A stretch of 64,000 nt of DNA from Candidatus Zhuqueibacterota bacterium (GTDB taxonomy: Bacteria > Zhuqueibacterota > Zhuqueibacteria > Thermofontimicrobiales > Thermofontimicrobiaceae), in assembly GCA_049322915.1 (NCBI GenBank), contig JBMOPW010000034.1:96001-160000 (forward strand), in the 5' to 3' direction. The notes below the pieces were generated by a model. That model saw only the letters and a list, made by a program, of their open reading frames with translations, ran no database searches and was not told where the DNA came from. Both the position numbers and the translations under genes were made by a program. Of the stretch, positions 1-10,657 are shown piece after piece; the first letter of the stretch is position 1, and the number at the start of each line of letters is the position of its first letter.

Positions 1-96
1 CTGTGGTAAGAAAATTTTAATAGTGAGATAAAACAAGATGCTGAAAATAGCGAGTATGATTAAAATTGTAAACCCGGTTGTAATTTTCTTGTTCAT
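1..96 (-). CDS. N-terminus of a membrane-anchored or exported protein (runs off window)
   Basis: ATG at 96 reads MNKKITTGFTILIILAIFSILFYLTIKIFLPQ..., a basic then hydrophobic N-terminus; downstream of polX on the same strand. Confidence 0.6.
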   Translation of the reverse strand, partial: MNKKITTGFTILIILAIFSILFYLTIKIFLPQ

Positions 97-158
97 TGTT
101 TTCACTTCGATAAAGGTTAGCGGATGAGTATCAGTCTTTGAGCCATTTGGAAAGGTGA

Positions 159-1877
159 TCAAGTTCTGTTCGCAATACGTGCCCGTCGCCAGGTGATTAC
201 TTTTTCAATGGGCCAAGTGTTTAAAACGGCTTCCCGATTCAGCCAGCCCCGGCGCGCCACAGCGACACCGTATTTCATGAAGTCCAGATTCGCGCATTCA
301 TGACTGTCAGAGTTAATCGCAATTCGTATCCCTCTTTCTGAAGCGCGTTTAGCGTGTACATCGGATAAATCCAGACGATCGGGATGGGCATTGATTTCCA
401 GGGCTGTGCCTGTTTTTTCAGCAGCATCAAAAACTGCATTCAGGTCAACTTCATATCCTTCCCGTCGGGAAATTATCCGTCCTGTGGGATGGCCAATGAC
501 ATCGACAAAAGGATTTTCCATCGCTTTGATGATTCGTTCCGTTGGATTTGTCTTGAATCCCGAATGAATCGAAGCGACGATGAAATCAAGCCGTGGTAAA
601 AATTCGTCGGCAATGTCCAGCGAGCCGTCGCCAAGAATATCCACCTCAATACCCTGCAACACCACAACATCATCATGCGCTTTATTTATGGCAGCAATCT
701 CGGCCATTTGTTGCAGCAGCCTCTCCCGGTTCAAACCTCTGGCATACCCGGCCGAGACTGAATGGTCGCAGATTGCCAGATAATGATACCCCCGAAGGCG
801 CGCTGCGTTCACTATTTCGGCGATTGAGCTCTTTCCATCGCTATAATTGGAATGTACGTGGAGGTCGCCTCGCACATCTTGAATTTCGAGGAGCGCCGGC
901 AGGCTCTTGCTGGCCGCGCGCTCGATCTCTCCCCTATCTTCGCGCAATTCAGGAGGAATCCATTGCAAACCGAGCGCCTCGTAAATATCCAGTTCTTTGC
1001 TGCCGCCAATTATTTTATCGTCTTTGAAAATGCCGTATTCATTTATTTTCAAAAAATTCTTTTTTGCCAGACCTCTCAGCTTGACATTATGCGCCTGGGA
1101 TCCGGTGAAATACTGAAGCGCTGCGCCAAAGCTTTCAGAGGGAATAACGCGAAGATCGACCTGAACGCCATTTTCAAAATGGACGCTGGCCCTGGTTGTG
1201 CCGCCGGCATCCACTCGACCCACTCCGGGGAGATTGAGGAATGTTTCAATCAAGCGCTGAGACTGCGACGATACCGCTAAAATGTCGACATCGTGGACGG
1301 TCTCTTTCATTCTGCGAACTGACCCGGCGCAGGTAATGGCCTCGACCGCACACATTGCGGTGAGCTGCGAGATAATCCCCTCGACCATAGGCAAAGCAAC
1401 AGCAATGGAAATTCTCTCCTGACTTTTCAACAGGTACTCGATCCCCTTTTTGATGTTCTCCATCTTCTTTTCGCCCATTTTGGGCAAGCCGGCTAATTGG
1501 CCATTTTCGATCACGCGAACGAGATCATCTAAATTGTTGACGCCTAAACTCTTGTGCGCTGTTGCAATTGTTTTGGGACCCAGATTTTGAATTTTTAACA
1601 GCGCAATGAGTTCAGAAGGCACTTCCTGTTTCAGCGACTCAAACTTGCTCATTTTTCCGGTTGCAAGGTATTCACTGATTTTCCTGACAAAAGCATCGCC
1701 GATGCCGGGCAGTTCGTGCAGCTTCTGATTCTCCCAGAGAATTGTAATATCTTCCTGAAGGTCCTGAATCACCCGCGCTGCTCTTCGATATGCATTCACC
1801 TTGAATCCAAGCTCCCCTTGCAATTCAAGTATATCGGCCATCTGTTCGAAAATTTCTGCCAGGGCGGAATTTTTCAT
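159..1877 (-). CDS. polX: DNA polymerase X family protein with C-terminal PHP domain
   Basis: HhH motifs (LPGIG, NLGPKT), GSVRR..HDVDIL and VDLRV catalytic aspartates, YFTGS, PHP motifs DLHVHS, CDHS, GHPTGR, NSDSH. Confidence 0.95.
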   Translation of the reverse strand: MKNSALAEIFEQMADILELQGELGFKVNAYRRAARVIQDLQEDITILWENQKLHELPGIGDAFVRKISEYLATGKMSKFESLKQEVPSELIALLKIQNLGPKTIATAHKSLGVNNLDDLVRVIENGQLAGLPKMGEKKMENIKKGIEYLLKSQERISIAVALPMVEGIISQLTAMCAVEAITCAGSVRRMKETVHDVDILAVSSQSQRLIETFLNLPGVGRVDAGGTTRASVHFENGVQVDLRVIPSESFGAALQYFTGSQAHNVKLRGLAKKNFLKINEYGIFKDDKIIGGSKELDIYEALGLQWIPPELREDRGEIERAASKSLPALLEIQDVRGDLHVHSNYSDGKSSIAEIVNAARLRGYHYLAICDHSVSAGYARGLNRERLLQQMAEIAAINKAHDDVVVLQGIEVDILGDGSLDIADEFLPRLDFIVASIHSGFKTNPTERIIKAMENPFVDVIGHPTGRIISRREGYEVDLNAVFDAAEKTGTALEINAHPDRLDLSDVHAKRASERGIRIAINSDSHECANLDFMKYGVAVARRGWLNREAVLNTWPIEKVITWRRARIANRT

Positions 1878-1972
1878 GGATTATCTCATTGAAAGAAAAA
1901 AGCGAAAATGCATCCCGTACAATCATGCGAGAGTAAAAGTGATTCGCAAAAATCAGAGTGAATTCTGCGCTC

Positions 1973-2001
1973 AATATATCAATTACTGAAGTGAATGTCA
2001 A
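1973..2001 (-). promoter_or_regulatory. sigma70-type promoter for polX
   Basis: TTGACA-17 bp-TATATT on minus strand. Confidence 0.6.
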
Positions 2002-2002
2002 T

Positions 2003-2036
2003 AAAAAAAGAGGACATCTTTTCGGGATGGCCTCTT
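2003..2036 (-). terminator. intrinsic terminator after leuS
   Basis: minus strand AAGAGGCCATC-ccgaaaa-GATGTCCTCTT followed by a T run. Confidence 0.75.
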
Positions 2037-2062
2037 GAAAAATCGTTTTGCCAATCAAAGCC

Positions 2063-4513
2063 CTATTTCACAACAAGGTTGACCAGCTTGTTTTTAACGA
2101 CGATCTTTTTTAGGATCGCCTTGCCTTCGATATATTTGACCGCTTTCTCATCCAGAATTGCCATGTTCAAGACGGTCTCATCAGCGCTATCTTTTTCAAC
2201 TTCGATGGTCGAGCGGACTTTACCATTAATCTGGATGACAATGGGAACCGTTGTTTTTTCGGTTTTCCTGTCATCGTACTCAGGCCAGGCTGTATTGAAA
2301 ATACTATGCGCTCCGCCTATTCTCTCCCAAAGCTCTTCGGAGAAATGTGGAGCAAACGGCGCCAACAGGCGGATCACTGTCTCCCGCGAGTCGAAAACCC
2401 GAATCGCGTTTTGCTCTGCCGCAGGAACATTCTGGACGTACAGATACATGGTATTCAGCAGTTCCATAATCCGGCTGATGGCCGTGTTGAAATGAAAACG
2501 CTCCAGATCGATCGTCACCATTTTGATTGTGTAATGGCGCACCCGTTCCAGTTCATCGCTCTGCACTGTTTCATGCCCGGCCGGCGGATTTTCCTCAATC
2601 ATTTCGATGAGGCGATAGGTGCGATTCAGAAACCGCTCAATGCCGGTGATGCCCTCATCGCTCCAATCGCCGCCATCGCTGTAACTGCCCATGAACATCA
2701 TGTACATGCGAAACGTGTCAGAGCCATATTTTTCGATGAATGTATCCGGGTTCACGACATTGCCGCGGGATTTGGACATTTTATTTCCATCCTTGGTAAT
2801 GACACCCTGGTGAATCAGTCGTGTGAACGGTTCATCGAAATCAATCAGCTTCAAATCATACAAAACTTTGGTGAAAAATCGGGCGTACAGCAAGTGCATC
2901 ACTGAATGTTCCGCGCCGCCGACATATTGATCGACCGGCAGCCACTTTTTCACCACCTCGCTGTCAAAGGCGACGTCATCGACATCCGGGTTGGGATAGC
3001 GGAGAAAATACCAGGAGGAACAGACAAAGGTATCCATGGTATCCACTTCCCGCTCGGCTTTGCCCCCGCATCGCGGACAGGTGGTCTTCACAAAATCTGG
3101 ATTGGTGAGCAGCGGCGATTCGCCGGCGCCGGTGAACTCAACTTTCTCGGGCAAGCGGACCGGGAGGTCGTTGTCAGGCACAGGGACTTCTCCGCAGGTG
3201 GGGCAATAAATAATCGGAATTGGCGCGCCCCAGTATCGCTGCCGGGAGATGAGCCAATCTCTCAATTTATAATTGACTTTGCGCTCGGCAATTTTGTCTT
3301 TCGCAAGGTGCTCGATGATTTTATCCATGCCAATGTCGGATGGCATGCCAGAAAATTCGCCGCTATTAATCATGACGCCGGCGTCCACATAAGCCTCTTT
3401 CAATTCTGCCGAAGGCGTGCCGTCCGGGCTGATCACTTCGATGATGGGAAGACCATATTTTTTAGCAAATGCGAAATCGCGGGTATCGTGACCAGGCACG
3501 GCCATGACACAGCCGGTGCCGTAGCTATGCAGCACATAATCCGCAATCCAAATTGGCACTTCCCTTCCATCGACAGGATTGATGGCGTACGCGCCAATGA
3601 AAACGCCTGTCTTCTCCCGTTCCGTCGAGGTCCGGTCAATTTCACTGGCTTTGCGCGTCTCATCAACATACGCGGCCACTTGCGCGCGACATGCCGCTGT
3701 AGTCAATTGCTCCACCAGAGGATGTTCCGGCGCCAGCACCATGTAGGTCACACCAAAAAGCGTATCCGGCCGTGTCGTGAAAACCTCGATGATCTGTGAT
3801 GAACCTTTCACGCTGAAGCGGATCTGAGCGCCTTCGCTGCGACCAATCCAATTCTTTTGCATGGTGATGGTCTTTTCCGGCCAATCAATGCGACCATGCC
3901 CTTCCAGCAGCCGTTCCGCATAATCAGTAATTTTGAAAAACCATTGTTTAAGATCCTTCTTCGTCACTTCTGTGCTGCACCGCTCGCAATGGCCGTCCAC
4001 TACCTGCTCATTCGCAAGCACGGTTTTACACGAAGGACACCAGTTCACAGGCGCCTTTTTCCGATAGGCTAGGCCATTTTTGTACAGTTGGAGAAACAGC
4101 CACTGGGTCCATTTATAGTAACGAGGGTCACTGGTGTTGATTTCTTTGCTCCAATCGTACATTGCGCCAATGGCCTTCAATTGCTTTCTGATTTTATTGA
4201 TATTATCAGCAGTGCTCACCGCCGGATGAATGCCAACCTTGATTGCATAATTTTCTGCCGGCAGTCCAAATGCATCGTAGCCCATGGGTTCGAGCACATT
4301 GTAGCCCTGCATTCGTTTAAAGCGCGCCCAGGTATCTGTCGGACCGTAATTATACCAGTGACCAATGTGCAGTCTATCTCCGGATGGATAGATGAACATG
4401 ACGAGACAGTACAGTTTCCTGGCAATATCATTCATATCGGTTCTATAAATCTGCGACCTCTCCCAACGGTCCTGCCATTTTTTTTCAATCTCAGCGAACG
4501 GATAGTAGCTCAT
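2063..4513 (-). CDS. leuS: leucine--tRNA ligase
   Basis: HIGH (LHIGH), KMSKS, CP1 editing TTRPDT and GTG, DWLISRQRYWG, DTMDTF. Confidence 0.98.
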   Translation of the reverse strand: MSYYPFAEIEKKWQDRWERSQIYRTDMNDIARKLYCLVMFIYPSGDRLHIGHWYNYGPTDTWARFKRMQGYNVLEPMGYDAFGLPAENYAIKVGIHPAVSTADNINKIRKQLKAIGAMYDWSKEINTSDPRYYKWTQWLFLQLYKNGLAYRKKAPVNWCPSCKTVLANEQVVDGHCERCSTEVTKKDLKQWFFKITDYAERLLEGHGRIDWPEKTITMQKNWIGRSEGAQIRFSVKGSSQIIEVFTTRPDTLFGVTYMVLAPEHPLVEQLTTAACRAQVAAYVDETRKASEIDRTSTEREKTGVFIGAYAINPVDGREVPIWIADYVLHSYGTGCVMAVPGHDTRDFAFAKKYGLPIIEVISPDGTPSAELKEAYVDAGVMINSGEFSGMPSDIGMDKIIEHLAKDKIAERKVNYKLRDWLISRQRYWGAPIPIIYCPTCGEVPVPDNDLPVRLPEKVEFTGAGESPLLTNPDFVKTTCPRCGGKAEREVDTMDTFVCSSWYFLRYPNPDVDDVAFDSEVVKKWLPVDQYVGGAEHSVMHLLYARFFTKVLYDLKLIDFDEPFTRLIHQGVITKDGNKMSKSRGNVVNPDTFIEKYGSDTFRMYMMFMGSYSDGGDWSDEGITGIERFLNRTYRLIEMIEENPPAGHETVQSDELERVRHYTIKMVTIDLERFHFNTAISRIMELLNTMYLYVQNVPAAEQNAIRVFDSRETVIRLLAPFAPHFSEELWERIGGAHSIFNTAWPEYDDRKTEKTTVPIVIQINGKVRSTIEVEKDSADETVLNMAILDEKAVKYIEGKAILKKIVVKNKLVNLVVK

Positions 4514-4969
4514 GCTTTCTCCTTAAATAAGAATAAGTTATGGTAAAGAAAAACTCATATTTCCAAGGATTTTGACACTGAAGTGTCAACCACCGGACTA
4601 CCTTTGCTCCACTAAAAAAGATAGTCCGCCGGTTAGAGCGAGGCGCAAGCCGCCTTTGGGCTTTATACGCAGAAGGTGGCATGAAAAGAAAATTTGTGAA
4701 GCAGTTTTTGAATGCGAAATGGTCACTGTTGATCTCTGTTTGTAACTTCAATTTAGTTCAACAAATATAAGGAAAAAAAATATCCCTGTCAAGAAAATAT
4801 TTCGTTGGAAAATTGGGGCAACGCCGCTGTATTCGTTCCGGATTCGGCATTGGCGTTGATGATACAATGCATTAATAATTGAGCCTTTATCTTTGTACTA
4901 TGCAACAATGAGTCATCCGAACGCACCATGTTCGGGCTAAAAAAATATATTTTATTTCTTTAACTTCTC

Positions 4970-4998
4970 TTGCAATTTCAGACTTTTCTATATATATT
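4970..4998 (+). promoter_or_regulatory. sigma70-type promoter upstream of the hybrid kinase
   Basis: TTGCAA-17 bp-TATATT. Confidence 0.5.
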
Positions 4999-5050
4999 TC
5001 AATCGCTTGAATTATATACTTTCATTTCAATAAGGTTCAATAACCTGATC

Positions 5051-5086
5051 CAGGCACATTGTGTTGATTTATAATGTGCCTTTTTT
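5051..5086 (+). terminator. terminator-like hairpin in the kinase leader
   Basis: AGGCACATT...AATGTGCCT followed by TTTTT. Confidence 0.55.
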
Positions 5087-5212
5087 CCGGATGAAAAAGA
5101 CCGGCGCACCGGCCATTTCTCCAACATTCGATACCTGGCTGCACCCCGTAACTTCGGTCGCGGCCAATGTTCTGATCACCAAATGGATAGATAGCCGAAA
5201 TTAAATTTTAGG

Positions 5213-7621
5213 TTGAATATGTCTCCGTCCTCCTCTGAATTCTGGTGGCTGTTCGTTCTGGGCAATATTGCCCTGTTGGCTCTCGTATTCGGTTTCATCA
5301 CAATTATATTTCATAACCAGCGCAAGTTTCAGAAAGATCAGCAGGAAAAGCTGGAACAATTAAAACAGAGTGAAGAGAAGTACAGCAATCTTTTCAATCA
5401 TGTCACGGATATTGTTTTTATCCATTCGCTCGATGGACATATTGTGCAGATCAACAATGCAGTGCGTGACTTGCTCGGGTACGACCCGCGCCAGCTCATC
5501 GGCCTGTCGCTGAATGAAATCATTGCCCCGCAATTTCCATTCGATCTGAAAGGCTATATCAGTGAAATCACTGAGACCGGCTTTTCGCACGGGCACATTC
5601 ATTTTAAATCGACAATGGGCAGCGTTCTCATTTTCGAATTCAGAAACACGGTTGTTTTCCGCGATGGTTCCCCAATTGCAATCCGCGGCATTGCCAGGAA
5701 TGTGACCGAGCATATTAAGGCTGAATTGAAATTAAAAACAAGCGAAGAACGCTATCGAAATCTGTTTCAACATTCCATCGCCAGCATTGTGCTGCTGGAC
5801 AGGGATTTGAATTTCATTGACGCAAATAAGGCTGCCATCGAGCTTCTGGGCTATCAGCGACAGGAGTTATTGGCGTTGAATTTTCAGCATATCATCCTGA
5901 ACCGGGAGAGCTTTACCTCGCTCTTTGGAAATTTGAAACAATCCGGCAACCTGGTCAATTTGGAACTGCTGCTGAAGAAACGCAATGGATCGAGGATTTG
6001 GGCGCTGAGCAATGCCACGTGGATTGAGGATAGCCCGAGCCAGCAGATCGGCATTCTCTTCACTATCTTCGATATTACATCCCGTCGACAGGCTGAGCAA
6101 TTGCTGGCAGAAGAAAAAGAGCGTCTGGCTGTTACGCTGCGGAGCATTGGCGACGCCATTGTGACGACCAATACGCTGGGCGAAATTTTGCTGTTCAATC
6201 ACGCCGCTGAAAAATTATGCCAGATCAGCAGTCTTGAAATCAACGGTAAATTCTTTGAAGAAGTCTTTCAAATCGTGGATGAACAAACCAATGAACGGTG
6301 CGCCTCTCCGGTGGAGGAAGTGCTCAAAGCGGGACAGATTGTCCAACACTTGAAGAATCGTATTTTAATCACAAAGGACAACAGTCAGAAATACATTTCC
6401 TACAGCAGCGCTCCGATCAAGGATAAAGAGGACCAGACTCTCGGCGTTGTTCTGGCGATTCGGGACGTGACTGAGAAAATCAAGCTGGAAGAAGAAGTGT
6501 TAAAAATGCGCAAACTGGAATCGGTGGGAATTTTAGCCGGTGGGCTCGCGCACGATTTCAACAACATTCTGACGGCGATTGTCGGAAATCTGTTCCTGGC
6601 CAAAATGTCGCTGTGCAATGAGAATACGGAAACCATCTCATTGCTGGACGACGTGGAAAAGGCGACTCTCCAGGCTAAAAAACTGACGCAGCAATTGCTA
6701 ACGTTCTCGCGGGGCGGAGCGCCCATCAAGAAGACTGAAGCAATCCACGATCTCATTCGCGATTCGATAAATTTCACGTTACGGGGTTCCAATGTCCGCT
6801 GTGAGTATTTCATCAGTGATGATCTCTGGCCTGTTTTTGGGGACACAGGTCAGATCAATCAGGTGCTGAACAATTTAGTGATGAATTCGGATCAGGCCAT
6901 GCCCGAAGGCGGCATCCTGGAAGTGCATGCGATAAATGCTGTACTCGCTGAAAAATCAGCGCTGCCGCTTAAGCCCGGGCGGTACATCAAAATTACAATC
7001 AAGGATACCGGGATTGGAATTCCAGCGGAATACCTTCCGAAAATATTTGATCCTTATTTTTCCACAAAAAAAGCCGGCAATGGCCTCGGCCTGGCCACGG
7101 TGTATTCCATCATTTCCAAACATGATGGTTATATCACAGTTGAATCAAAAATCGGAAAAGGGACATCAGTGATTTTCTATCTCCCGGCGTCAATGCAAAA
7201 AATTGCTCCTCTGAATAGCCCTCAAATAACGCTGCAGCAAGGCAAGGGTAGAATTTTACTGATGGATGACGAACTGGGCATTCGGGAAGCCACCGGCAAA
7301 ATTCTGAAAAAATTTGGTTATGATGTTGATTTTGCCTGTGAAGGCAGCGAAGCGCTGGAGAAATACCAGCGCGCCATCGAAACACGCCACCCTTTTGATT
7401 TGGTGATTCTGGATTTGACCATCCCCGGCGGAATGGGCGGATTGGAAACAATCAAAGAATTGCTGAAGCGGGATCAGGGTGCAAAGGCGATTGTGTCCAG
7501 CGGCTATTCATCCGACCCGGTAATGGCCAATTTCAAACAATATGGCTTTTGTGAATTTATTGCCAAGCCTTATAATCTCAATGAGCTGCGCACCAAACTC
7601 TACAAAGTGATGAACAATTAA
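5213..7621 (+). CDS. membrane-anchored multi-PAS hybrid sensor histidine kinase/receiver (CckA/NtrB-like)
   Basis: N-terminal TM, three PAS/PAC repeats, H-box LAHDFNNIL, N/G1/F/G2 boxes, receiver LLMDDE...ILDLTIPG...KP; start TTG 5213 or ATG 5219. Confidence 0.93.
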   Translation: MNMSPSSSEFWWLFVLGNIALLALVFGFITIIFHNQRKFQKDQQEKLEQLKQSEEKYSNLFNHVTDIVFIHSLDGHIVQINNAVRDLLGYDPRQLIGLSLNEIIAPQFPFDLKGYISEITETGFSHGHIHFKSTMGSVLIFEFRNTVVFRDGSPIAIRGIARNVTEHIKAELKLKTSEERYRNLFQHSIASIVLLDRDLNFIDANKAAIELLGYQRQELLALNFQHIILNRESFTSLFGNLKQSGNLVNLELLLKKRNGSRIWALSNATWIEDSPSQQIGILFTIFDITSRRQAEQLLAEEKERLAVTLRSIGDAIVTTNTLGEILLFNHAAEKLCQISSLEINGKFFEEVFQIVDEQTNERCASPVEEVLKAGQIVQHLKNRILITKDNSQKYISYSSAPIKDKEDQTLGVVLAIRDVTEKIKLEEEVLKMRKLESVGILAGGLAHDFNNILTAIVGNLFLAKMSLCNENTETISLLDDVEKATLQAKKLTQQLLTFSRGGAPIKKTEAIHDLIRDSINFTLRGSNVRCEYFISDDLWPVFGDTGQINQVLNNLVMNSDQAMPEGGILEVHAINAVLAEKSALPLKPGRYIKITIKDTGIGIPAEYLPKIFDPYFSTKKAGNGLGLATVYSIISKHDGYITVESKIGKGTSVIFYLPASMQKIAPLNSPQITLQQGKGRILLMDDELGIREATGKILKKFGYDVDFACEGSEALEKYQRAIETRHPFDLVILDLTIPGGMGGLETIKELLKRDQGAKAIVSSGYSSDPVMANFKQYGFCEFIAKPYNLNELRTKLYKVMNN

Positions 7622-7719
7622 TACTTCTTGATTTTTCAAATATTTTTTTTTATCTTACTCCCCAAAAATCAATGCCTCTTGTTTAGCCTTTTTTTTTCGA
7701 AGAATTGGATGGTAGAAAG

Positions 7720-9096
7720 ATGACTGAAGAAACACATGTAAGCGATGATGAGATCGTGCCTCATCAGGCTAAGGCTGGAGAAGTCACGTCCCGATTCCCC
7801 GGTTTTTACAAGCTTGAACTCTCGACCCGCCTCGATATGTTAGATCAATGGTATCCCCTGACGACAAAAGAAAAATGGAAATTAAAACGTGAGACGCTCA
7901 CACCCGAACTCGCTGATGTGATGGTCGAAAATGCCATTGGTGTTTTTGGATTACCTCTGGGCGTTGCCGTGAATATAAAATTGAATAACAAAGACTACGT
8001 CATGCCAATGGCAGTGGAGGAATCATCGGTCATTGCCGCTGCGAGCAACTCCGCCCGGCTCATTCGCGATCATGGTAAATTGACGGCTGAGGCAACGGAC
8101 CCAATCATGTTCAGCCAGATTCAGGTTGTGAATGTCAGGAACCCGAAGCGGGCCATCGCGAAAGTGCTTGAAAAGAAAGCAATGCTTTTAAAAGTGGCCA
8201 ACCAACAGGATCCTGAGTTGGTCCGTCTCGGCGGCGGCGCAAAAGACATCGACGCACGCGTGATTGATTCGCTCAGCGGTCCCATGGTGATCATGCATAT
8301 TTACGTCAATTGCGTCGATGCCATGGGCGCCAACGCTGTCAATACAATGGCCGAAGCCCTGGGGCCGATCATCGCCGACCTGGTGAATGGCGAAGTCATT
8401 TGTCAGATTGTCTCCAACCTGTCCGATCATCGTCGGGTGAAAGTGCGCATGGAACTGGAAACAAGCTGTCTGGCGCGCTCCGGATTCTCCGGTGAAGAGG
8501 CTGCGGATCGAATTATAAAAGCCTATCATTTCGCGGAGGCTGATCCGTATCGGGCGGCCACGCATAACAAAGGCGTCATGAATGGCATCGACGGCATTGT
8601 CATTGCGACAGGCAATGACTGGCGAGCATGCGAAGCCGGCGTTCATGCGTACGCTGCGCGGTCGGGCAGTTACAAGCCGGTCAGCCAATATTTCATGGAT
8701 GAATCCGGCAAATTAATCGGCGAGATGGAAATACCCATGTCCGTCGGCATTGTCGGCGGCGTCACCTCCATTCATCCCGGTGTAAAAATCCTGCTGAAAT
8801 TAATGAAAGTCAATACCGCGAAAGAGCTTTCCGAAGTCATCGCGGCGGCTGGCTTGATTCAAAATTTTTCCGCCATCTGGACGCTGGCGACGGAAGGCAT
8901 CCAGAAAGGCCACATGACCCTGCATGCGAGAAATGTGGCTGTGTTTGCCGGCGCCATCGGTGAAATGGCCATAAAGGTTGCCAATCAAATGGCGCACGAA
9001 GGTCGCGTCCGCTACGACCGCGCCAAACAGATATTAAAACACCTGCTCGTCCGGGAAATTGAGGAGAACGGCAGCAAACAGTCGGACGATGAATAA
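7720..9096 (+). CDS. mvaA: hydroxymethylglutaryl-CoA reductase, class II
   Basis: ENAIG, EESSVIAA, DAMGANAVNT, RAATHNKG, GNDWRA, EGIQKGHM.LH; ORF track starts at 7705 (TTG). Confidence 0.95.
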   Translation: MTEETHVSDDEIVPHQAKAGEVTSRFPGFYKLELSTRLDMLDQWYPLTTKEKWKLKRETLTPELADVMVENAIGVFGLPLGVAVNIKLNNKDYVMPMAVEESSVIAAASNSARLIRDHGKLTAEATDPIMFSQIQVVNVRNPKRAIAKVLEKKAMLLKVANQQDPELVRLGGGAKDIDARVIDSLSGPMVIMHIYVNCVDAMGANAVNTMAEALGPIIADLVNGEVICQIVSNLSDHRRVKVRMELETSCLARSGFSGEEAADRIIKAYHFAEADPYRAATHNKGVMNGIDGIVIATGNDWRACEAGVHAYAARSGSYKPVSQYFMDESGKLIGEMEIPMSVGIVGGVTSIHPGVKILLKLMKVNTAKELSEVIAAAGLIQNFSAIWTLATEGIQKGHMTLHARNVAVFAGAIGEMAIKVANQMAHEGRVRYDRAKQILKHLLVREIEENGSKQSDDE

Positions 9097-10039
9097 TATG
9101 ATCTCCACATGCGCGACTGCTGCGGCAAAACTCATTCTATTCGGGGAACACGCTGTCGTTTATGACCAGCCGGCCATTGCCATCCCGCTTCTCGATGTGC
9201 GGGCTTCCGCCGCTATTTCCATCGATTTATCTTCGGCCACACCCGTCATCGAGGCAAAGGATTTGCGCATGACTCTGCCGATTACAGAGGCCAGACAGCC
9301 TTCGTTGCAGCACATCGTCAATGCGATTGAATTGTTCGAAGCGAGAGCCATGCCGCTGCCGGCTACCGGCTGGCGTCTGACAGTGTGGTCGAAAATTCCC
9401 TTCTCGCGGGGATTGGGCAGTAGCGCCGCCATTAGCATTGCGATTCTCCGCGCGTTATCCGCTTCGCAGAAAATCCACTTCTCGTCCGAGCAGTTCATTG
9501 AGCTGTCTTTTGAACTGGAAAAATTTCATCATGGCACTCCGAGTGGCCTGGACAATACGGTGATTGCAGTGGAACGTCCCATCATTTTTCGAAAAGGCCA
9601 GCCGCCGCAAAACATCGAGCCAAAGAGCTTCACGTTCGTCGTTGGAGATACGGGCGTCGGTAAAAAGACATCGGACGTCGTGAGTTTTGTGGCAGCTAAT
9701 TATCACAGCAACCCGGGTCATGCTGGAAAAATCTTCAGTGAAATTGGCGCGATCGCCCTTGCCGGACGTGAATGCCTGGAACAGGGCAAGTTGAAAAAAC
9801 TCGGCGAACTCATGACGAAAAATCAGGACTTGCTCAGCGAACTGGAGGTGTCGTCTCCTGAATTGGATACGCTGATTGGCGCTGCAAAAAATGCCGGCGC
9901 ACTTGGCGCGAAACTATGTGGTGCAGGCAAAGGCGGATGTATGGTCGCGTTGACGGAAGATACAAAATCGGCAGAGACCGTTTCCCGGGCGCTCCTCCAG
10001 GCCGGCGCCCTGAAAACTTTCATCACTCGTTTGAAATAA
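9089..10039 (+). CDS. mvk: mevalonate kinase
   Basis: KLILFGEHAVVY, GHMP motif IPFSRGLGSSAA, HGTPSGLD, KLCGAGKGG; overlaps mvaA stop. Confidence 0.92.
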   Translation: MNNMISTCATAAAKLILFGEHAVVYDQPAIAIPLLDVRASAAISIDLSSATPVIEAKDLRMTLPITEARQPSLQHIVNAIELFEARAMPLPATGWRLTVWSKIPFSRGLGSSAAISIAILRALSASQKIHFSSEQFIELSFELEKFHHGTPSGLDNTVIAVERPIIFRKGQPPQNIEPKSFTFVVGDTGVGKKTSDVVSFVAANYHSNPGHAGKIFSEIGAIALAGRECLEQGKLKKLGELMTKNQDLLSELEVSSPELDTLIGAAKNAGALGAKLCGAGKGGCMVALTEDTKSAETVSRALLQAGALKTFITRLK

Positions 10040-10051
10040 GGGGATATCGCC

Positions 10052-10657
10052 GTGAACAATTGTTTGGTGGCCATCACCGGCGCTTCCGGCGCCATCATCG
10101 GCATTCGTCTGATTGAAGAATTGCTGAAGAACCGCATCGATGTCATTGCCATCATTTCCAAAAACGGAAGAAACGTCCTTCATGCTGAACTAGGCGCTGA
10201 TTTCCCGCTTCCAGCCAATGTCCACTACTTTTCGGAAGGCGATGAAAATTCGCCATTCAACAGCAGTTCATTTGTCCTGGACGCAATGGTTGTCGCACCC
10301 TGCTCCATGAAAACTTTGGCTGGAATTGCGAACGGCTTTTCTTTCAACTTGATTGTGCGCGCTGCCGAGATTCAATTGAGGACAAATCGACCGCTCATTT
10401 TGTCCCCGCGAGAGACACCGCTTTCCGCACCCAATCTCAAAAATATGCTGGATGTGAAAAACGCCGGCGCATTGATTTGTCCGCCCATGGCTGCTTACTA
10501 TCATCGACCCGCATCTGTGGATGACATGACCAATTTTTTTGTGGGTAAAATTCTGGACTTGCTGGGAATTCCCAATACACTGTACCAGCGATGGCAGAAC
10601 AAACAGCCAGGTTCTATCATTCGCACCGATGACCCGCCGAAAAACCAGGAGCAATAA
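10052..10657 (+). CDS. ubiX: flavin prenyltransferase UbiX
   Basis: ITGASGA, APCSMKTLA, PRETPLS, YHRPASVDD. Confidence 0.93.
   Translation: MNNCLVAITGASGAIIGIRLIEELLKNRIDVIAIISKNGRNVLHAELGADFPLPANVHYFSEGDENSPFNSSSFVLDAMVVAPCSMKTLAGIANGFSFNLIVRAAEIQLRTNRPLILSPRETPLSAPNLKNMLDVKNAGALICPPMAAYYHRPASVDDMTNFFVGKILDLLGIPNTLYQRWQNKQPGSIIRTDDPPKNQEQ

Noticed and set aside
2306..3799. Long antisense ORFs (e.g. 2906-3799, 37221-38246, 43589-44458)
   Set aside because: They lie opposite well-supported genes and lack motifs; shadow frames
4514..4790. T-box riboswitch upstream of leuS
   Set aside because: No T-box consensus (GGTGGNACCGCG) and no U-tailed terminator before the start
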